From Candidatus Bathyarchaeia archaeon (GTDB lineage: Archaea; Thermoproteota; Bathyarchaeia; Bathyarchaeales; Bathycorpusculaceae): a stretch of DNA of 64,000 bases. Within the stretch, counting starts at the first letter, position 1. Each line of letters begins with the position of its first letter. Position numbers and translations under genes: made by a program. The notes beneath the pieces were generated by a model that had not been told where the DNA came from, searched no databases, and worked only from the letters and a program-made list of their open reading frames with translations. The stretch spans positions 160,001 to 224,000 of the forward strand of contig JAVYWL010000003.1 of the NCBI GenBank assembly GCA_038727135.1. The letters run 5' to 3'. Of this stretch, positions 59,152 through 64,000 are shown piece after piece.

Positions 59152-59215
59152 GGGGATGATGACGCCGTCCCAGTCTGATGGATGCAATATGAGGAGCTCA
59201 TGACGGCCAGACCCC
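59152..59215 (+). ncRNA. Box C/D methylation guide sRNA
   Basis: C ATGATGA (59156-62), 12-nt guide, D' CTGA (59175-78), C' ATGAGGA (59189-95), 12-nt guide, D-like CAGA (59208-11), GGGG/CCCC terminal stem, TTTAAA about 28 nt upstream. Confidence 0.8.
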
Positions 59216-59238
59216 GCAAAATTTTCAAAGCTGGAAAA

Positions 59239-59934
59239 CTAACGAAGAAGCCTCGCCATTTTCTCCCTTTTCCGCTTAAGCCCGAAAGTTAACGCCAAAA
59301 TCATTCCCGCAACGAAGCCGCCTATATGCGCCCAGTAGGCAACTTCGCTGTGGATTTCGAATATTACGTAAAACCATTGCAAAAGAAACCAGAAGCCCAG
59401 AAAAATAATAGCCGGAATTGGCAATATAAGATAGGCAACAAGAGTTAAGATTCTAGCCTTTGGAAAAAGCACGAGATAGGCTCCCAAAACTCCGGAAATT
59501 GCTCCGGACGCCCCCACAACTCCAGTGGTTAGAAGTTCTTGGTTTTGGTAAGCTGGAATGAGATATAAGCTTAAAATATGTGTAAAGGCAGCTGCCAAGC
59601 CGCAAAATATGTAGAACGTCAAATAACCTAAATGCCCAAAAATATCTTCAACGTTGTCTCCGAAAATAAAGAGAAAAAGCATGTTTCCAAGCAAGTGTAG
59701 CCAGTCAGCATGCATAAACATGGATGTCATTAAAGTGTAAAGCCTCTGCCCATGGATAACTTCGCTGGGATACATAGTAAAATCAGCCTCAATTCTCTCT
59801 GCAACTATTCGTGGAAAATAAATTTCCACGGTGGAAAGCCAGTAAACCACGAATATGACAACGTTTACAATTAACAATATACGATTAACATGAGGGGTGC
59901 TAAACGGACGGTTTAAATCCTTTAATGGAAGCAA
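59239..59934 (-). CDS. Rhomboid intramembrane serine protease
   Basis: SMFMH...HLLGNM, GASGAISG, AYWAHIGG. Confidence 0.92.
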   Translation of the reverse strand: MLPLKDLNRPFSTPHVNRILLIVNVVIFVVYWLSTVEIYFPRIVAERIEADFTMYPSEVIHGQRLYTLMTSMFMHADWLHLLGNMLFLFIFGDNVEDIFGHLGYLTFYIFCGLAAAFTHILSLYLIPAYQNQELLTTGVVGASGAISGVLGAYLVLFPKARILTLVAYLILPIPAIIFLGFWFLLQWFYVIFEIHSEVAYWAHIGGFVAGMILALTFGLKRKREKMARLLR

Positions 59935-60022
59935 CAGCCATCCTCGCTAAACTCACTATGCTTGCACGATGCTTAAAGCTTATCCGTCGAGATGTTAAGC
60001 TATGCAAAACGCCACATGTACA

Positions 60023-60400
60023 TTAGTAGGCTAGGCACTCGATCATTTTGCTGCAAGTTAAGCACTCGTCCGGTATTGGCGTGTTCTTTGGACGCTTCCT
60101 CAAATAGCCAAGAAAATGCTCACACTTCACCTCCTCTGACTTGCTTTCCTCCTTTTTACGCAAAACAACTGTGGAAGATTTTTCAGCTTCTTCGCTTTGA
60201 TCATGCCTCGTGGTTTTTACTTCTCCAACTTTGGTTAGGCAACGTGGACAAGCATAATATGTCTTGGAAGAGCCGCCGGAAACAATGGTTGCCAAAATTG
60301 GTTTTTCAAAGTTTTCGCCACAGCCATAACATGTTTGATTGTTATGCTTTGAAAGATAATACCCGCCGCCATACCTCGCTAACGTCATATTTTCAGACAT
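60023..60400 (-). CDS. Cys-rich zinc-finger protein, function unknown
   Basis: CYGC...CPRC and CEHFLGYL...IPDECLTC...C; start uncertain. Confidence 0.65.
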   Translation of the reverse strand: MSENMTLARYGGGYYLSKHNNQTCYGCGENFEKPILATIVSGGSSKTYYACPRCLTKVGEVKTTRHDQSEEAEKSSTVVLRKKEESKSEEVKCEHFLGYLRKRPKNTPIPDECLTCSKMIECLAY

Positions 60401-60479
60401 ATTAAACGCCTCATCAATATGCAGAATATTAATATTTAATAAACCTTTTTGCACAAAAGTACAACACAAAAACACATAG

Positions 60480-60554
60480 TGGGCCGGACCGGATTTGAAC
60501 CGGTGACCTTCCGCACGTCAAGCGGATGTCCTAACCGAGCTAGACTACCGGCCC
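60480..60554 (-). tRNA. tRNA-Val(GAC)
   Basis: GGGCCGG acceptor stem, anticodon arm CCGC-TTGACGT-GCGG, GGTTCAAATCC T-arm; CCA not encoded. Confidence 0.95.
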
Positions 60555-60654
60555 TTTTTGCCGAAAATAGTTTACTTGCATTTCCAGTATATAGCTGATT
60601 CGTTTTTGGGTAAAGATTTAAGATTTAAAATGGATTTTAGAGAGTGGTGGTTGT

Positions 60655-60739
60655 GCCGGGATGGCGGAGTGGATAACGCGCAGGCCTTGAGAGCCTGTGG
60701 CCCGTTTGGGCCGCGTGGGTTCGAATCCCACTCCCGGCG
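60655..60739 (+). tRNA. tRNA-Ser(TGA)
   Basis: GCCGGGA acceptor stem, CAGGC-CTTGAGA-GCCTG anticodon arm, long variable arm, GGTTCGAATCC, G discriminator. Confidence 0.95.
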
Positions 60740-60859
60740 CTTTCAAATCATTTTCAGTTTTGGCGGTCTAGGCGGAAGCAAGAAGCGCTTATTATTTTTG
60801 TACCACGTTTGTTGTGGAGCTGAATGTTAAAGCATTTATGATGGTATGGTGTATTTTTT

Positions 60860-61447
60860 ATGGGAAGGAATACTAGAATGCCTGAAGCCATAAGGAGTTT
60901 TATAGCCTTCGACATTGAAAGTGCCAGTGTTTTGGAAAGGATAATGGAGATGCAGGGGAGGCTTGTTGGGACTGGGGCGGATTTGAAGTGTGTTGAGCCT
61001 AAAAATATTCATATAACGGTGCGTTTTTTGGGGAATATAACTCCGAACATGGTTGACAAAATTTTTGAGGGTATGCGGAAGGTCCAGTTTGTTCCTTTCG
61101 ACGTCAAGATTCAGGGGGTTGGCGCTTTTCCGGACTTGCGCTATCCTAGGGTTGTTTGGGCTGGCATTAGGAATGGTGCTAACGAGTTGAGGGGCATCTT
61201 CAGCCAGCTTGAGCCTTATTTGCGTAATTTAGGTTTTGCCCCAGACCCTAAAGGTTTTAGTCCCCACTTGACAATTGCCCGTGTTAGGAGTGGGCGGAAT
61301 AAGGCTGCCCTTACAAAATTTTTAATGGAAAATGTGAACTACGAGTTTGGGGTTGTCCGCGCAGAATGTTTAAGGCTTAAGAGAAGCGACTTAACACCTA
61401 AAGGTCCAATATATTCCACACTTAGGGAGTACTGCCCACAAAAATAG
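60860..61447 (+). CDS. thpR: RNA 2',3'-cyclic phosphodiesterase (2H family)
   Basis: HITVRFLG and PHLTIAR HxT motifs. Confidence 0.92.
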   Translation: MGRNTRMPEAIRSFIAFDIESASVLERIMEMQGRLVGTGADLKCVEPKNIHITVRFLGNITPNMVDKIFEGMRKVQFVPFDVKIQGVGAFPDLRYPRVVWAGIRNGANELRGIFSQLEPYLRNLGFAPDPKGFSPHLTIARVRSGRNKAALTKFLMENVNYEFGVVRAECLRLKRSDLTPKGPIYSTLREYCPQK

Positions 61448-61468
61448 TAGCTGGATAAGTGGCTGTTT

Positions 61469-62893
61469 ATGTCTGAGGAGCTGGAAAAGGTTTGTAAGGC
61501 TGTTTTGGATAGGGTTACGCCAACAAGGGAGAAACGCGAAAAAATAGAGGCTTTGGCAAAGGAACTGGAAGCGAAAGTGGCTTCTGCCGCGGCGGATTTC
61601 GGCGTTAAGGCAATTGTGCGTTTGGAGGGCTCTGTTGCTAAGGACACTTGGCTGAACGAAGAGCCTGAAATAGACGTTTTCATGCGTTTGCCAATAAGTA
61701 TACCCTGCAAGTCCCTTGGCGAAGTAGCCCTAAAAATAGCTAGGCGGGCAACCGAAGGCGCACGACAAGTGGAACGCTTCGCCGAGCATCCCTACCTGGA
61801 GGCTTTCATCGACGATGTTCGAGTTAATATAGTGCCGTGCTACGACACTAAGCCCGGTGAGTGGCTAAGCGCAACAGATCGCACGCCCTACCACACAGAC
61901 TATGTGAAAAAGCGTTTAACCAGCCAAATGCGGGACGAGGTTCGCCTACTAAAGAGGTTTATGAAGGGTGTGGGCGTTTACGGTGCTGAAATCAAGGTTG
62001 GCGGCTTCAGCGGATACTTATGCGAGCTCTTAATCATAAGTTATGGAGGTTTCGTCAACACATTGAGGGCTTTTGCACAGCATAAAAAGCGCATAATTGT
62101 GGACATAGAAAACCATTATAAAGGGAGAGAGGACGAGCTGCCACTCTTGTTTGGTGAACCCCTAGTGATAGTTGACCCCGTTGACAAGGGGAGAAACGTG
62201 GCTTCAGCCGTTCAGTCACAAAAGCTTTACACTTTTGTGGCGGCAGCAAGAGCCTTTCTAGAAAAGCCGAGCCTAAAATTCTTCTACCCGCCAGAAACAA
62301 AGCCGCTAACAACAAATGAGTTTAAAGCAAGGATAAGCACGCGCGGTTCCGCAATGCTTTTTGTGGTTTTTGGGAAGGTTGAGGCTGTTCCAGATGTTTT
62401 GTGGGGTCAGCTTTACAAGTCTATGCGTTCGCTAACAAGACTTCTTGAACTTAACGATTTCAGCTTGTTACGCGGCACAGCATGGAGTAACGAGAAGGAC
62501 CTAAACGCCTTCATATTCGAAATTGAAAGCCGCTACCTCCCGCCGGTAAGGAAGCACCTTGGACCACCGATGGAGAAAGAACGCGAATGCAAAAACTTTC
62601 TGGCAAAATATGCTGGCAATTCTGGAACGGTTACAGGTCCCTACATTGAGGACGGAAGATGGATAGTTCATGTTAGAAGGAAGTACACGGACGCGGCTGC
62701 CCTCCTATATGAAAGGCTGAAGGATGGTGGTAGAAGCGCTGGAGTAGCCAAAGAAATAGCACAAGTGCTCCAGCATGGATTCAAAATTTTGGTTAACGAA
62801 GAGATAGCTGAAATCTACGAAAAGGACATTGAGTTTGCAAAGTTCCTTACAGAGTTTCTTTTAGGCAAGCCGAAGTGGCTAGAAGGCGCGTAA
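61469..62893 (+). CDS. cca: Archaeal class I CCA-adding tRNA nucleotidyltransferase
   Basis: GSVAKDTW, AEHPY, DRTPYH, GVYGAE, GGFSGYLCELL, DPVD..RNVA. Confidence 0.95.
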   Translation: MSEELEKVCKAVLDRVTPTREKREKIEALAKELEAKVASAAADFGVKAIVRLEGSVAKDTWLNEEPEIDVFMRLPISIPCKSLGEVALKIARRATEGARQVERFAEHPYLEAFIDDVRVNIVPCYDTKPGEWLSATDRTPYHTDYVKKRLTSQMRDEVRLLKRFMKGVGVYGAEIKVGGFSGYLCELLIISYGGFVNTLRAFAQHKKRIIVDIENHYKGREDELPLLFGEPLVIVDPVDKGRNVASAVQSQKLYTFVAAARAFLEKPSLKFFYPPETKPLTTNEFKARISTRGSAMLFVVFGKVEAVPDVLWGQLYKSMRSLTRLLELNDFSLLRGTAWSNEKDLNAFIFEIESRYLPPVRKHLGPPMEKERECKNFLAKYAGNSGTVTGPYIEDGRWIVHVRRKYTDAAALLYERLKDGGRSAGVAKEIAQVLQHGFKILVNEEIAEIYEKDIEFAKFLTEFLLGKPKWLEGA

Positions 62894-63682
62894 GCATAAA
62901 GCGGCTAATAAAGAGATGCCAAGCGCCCAACAATAAAACGCGAAAAAGTGGAATTTCCCCTCTATAATTGTTTTCCAAAGTAGTTTTAGGGCAAGATAGC
63001 CAACAACCATTGCTACAATCACGCCAACAGCGGTTTCAGCGAAACCAAAACTTGAAGCTGCAAACACATTAAATTGCTCGTAAAGGGTTAGTGTCAAAGC
63101 GCCTGTTATGGCTGGAATCGACAGCAGGAAGGAGAATTTGAAGGCTTTTTCACGCTTTATCCCAAGCAGAAGCGCCGCCGTAATTGTTAAGCCGCTTCTA
63201 GAAAGCCCTGGAACAACAGCTATGCCTTGGGCAACACCAATGAGAAAGACCTGCGAAAAACCAATTTCATCCACTCTTTCTTTTCCAATTCTTGCGAGGT
63301 AAAGCACTACACCACAAATGAGAAAAGCTGATGCTATAAGCAAAATTTCGCCAAAAATGTTTTCTAGAAACATATGAAAAGCCAATCCAATAATTATTGT
63401 TGGTATTGTTCCAACAATTATGAGTGGAATGAATTTTCCATAATCCGATTTGAAATCTAGGCGCTTTATGGCTGAAAGGATTTTTTGGATGTCGCTTCTA
63501 AAGAAGGCTACAACGACGGCTAATGTTCCAAAATGGAGAATTACGTCAAAAAGCACGGGAACCGTTAGGCTTAAAGCCCTTTCAGCAAGCTTCAAATGCC
63601 CAGTGCTGGATATGGGAAGCCACTCCGTCAAACCCTGAATTATACCTAGAATCAAGGCTTTTATTAGCTGGTCAAAGCTCAT
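62879..63682 (-). CDS. uppP: Undecaprenyl-diphosphate phosphatase (BacA family)
   Basis: QGLTEWLPISSTGH, HFGT, PGLSRSG, FSFLLSIP. Confidence 0.92.
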   Translation of the reverse strand: MSFDQLIKALILGIIQGLTEWLPISSTGHLKLAERALSLTVPVLFDVILHFGTLAVVVAFFRSDIQKILSAIKRLDFKSDYGKFIPLIIVGTIPTIIIGLAFHMFLENIFGEILLIASAFLICGVVLYLARIGKERVDEIGFSQVFLIGVAQGIAVVPGLSRSGLTITAALLLGIKREKAFKFSFLLSIPAITGALTLTLYEQFNVFAASSFGFAETAVGVIVAMVVGYLALKLLWKTIIEGKFHFFAFYCWALGISLLAALCLRAF

Positions 63683-63751
63683 GCAACTTCCCTTATCAGT
63701 TAGGGGTAAAGGATGACTTTGCAACCGTTTAATATTAAAATTTGTGGCTTT

Positions 63752-64000
63752 TTAAGAAACTTCTATCTTGACATCGTCAATGTAATAGGTTAAGTAGGTT
63801 TCCCAACGCACGGAAATCCCAATGGCAGCCCATAATTCTCCGCTTGAACTTGAGTCGAGAATTTTGGAGTATTCATAACGTTTCCACCCAGCCACCTCAT
63901 TGGCTGCCCCGATGACTTGGAAGTCTGCCTCTGTTTCGGGGTCTTCAACACCAATGTATACGCATAAGGCTGCCAATGTGTTGAAGCTTTCTTGCTCGCT
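63752..64000 (-). CDS. 3' end of a hypothetical (probably secreted, beta-rich) protein, truncated by the window edge
   Basis: Open frame runs to the window end; ends ...WETYLTYYIDDVKIEVS. Confidence 0.55.
   Translation of the reverse strand, partial: SEQESFNTLAALCVYIGVEDPETEADFQVIGAANEVAGWKRYEYSKILDSSSSGELWAAIGISVRWETYLTYYIDDVKIEVS

Noticed and set aside
59163-59174. sRNA D' guide pairing with the 5' end of the nearby tRNA-Ser
   Set aside because: This needs an internal mismatch; the 23S P-loop match is better and hits a known methylation site
60480-60739. tRNA genes as integration sites for a mobile element
   Set aside because: No integrase or duplicated tRNA 3' end was seen; the flanks are housekeeping genes
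1-64000. CRISPR arrays, transposases, Sec/Pyl read-through
   Set aside because: No regularly spaced repeats, transposase motifs or in-frame stop-interrupted conserved genes were noticed by eye

Overview
Archaeal chromosomal window, most likely Candidatus Bathyarchaeia (inferred from the TACK-type ribosomal proteins eL13/eL38/eL15, a complete archaeal ACDS operon, F420 genes, geranylgeranyl reductase and a class I CCA enzyme). In order it contains: (1) a bacterial-type glycolysis cassette (ATP-type PfkA, PPi-type PfkA, class II FBP aldolase) with an MgtA P-type ATPase carrying an extra C-terminal domain; (2) a presenilin-like GxGD protease; (3) a Wood-Ljungdahl carbonyl-branch cluster (CooT, ferredoxin, cdhABCDE, two CooC), a VapBC-type TA pair, two tandem deoxyhypusine-synthase paralogs, a pterin/F420 cofactor group (MBL-fold, cofE, MetF-like, a cofD remnant), eL38 and a PfkB kinase; (4) a ~14 kb type IV pilus locus with one major pilin, five pilin-like proteins (one with a discoidin/F5-8C domain), prepilin peptidase, platform, ATPase and a beta-helix/PKD/Ig surface protein; (5) a 1023-aa probable S-layer protein followed by a glycosylation island (GT4, two GT-C, GT2, Dol-P-Man synthase); (6) housekeeping genes (S2P, AsnRS-like asparagine synthetase and Lrp, GGR, Dph6, eL15-eL13-exosome-associated protein-Rpp30-Pop5), a C/D box guide RNA, rhomboid, tRNA-Val, tRNA-Ser, ThpR, CCA and UppP. 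No CRISPR array, transposase or integrase was seen. All calls come from motif recognition by eye; no database search was run.
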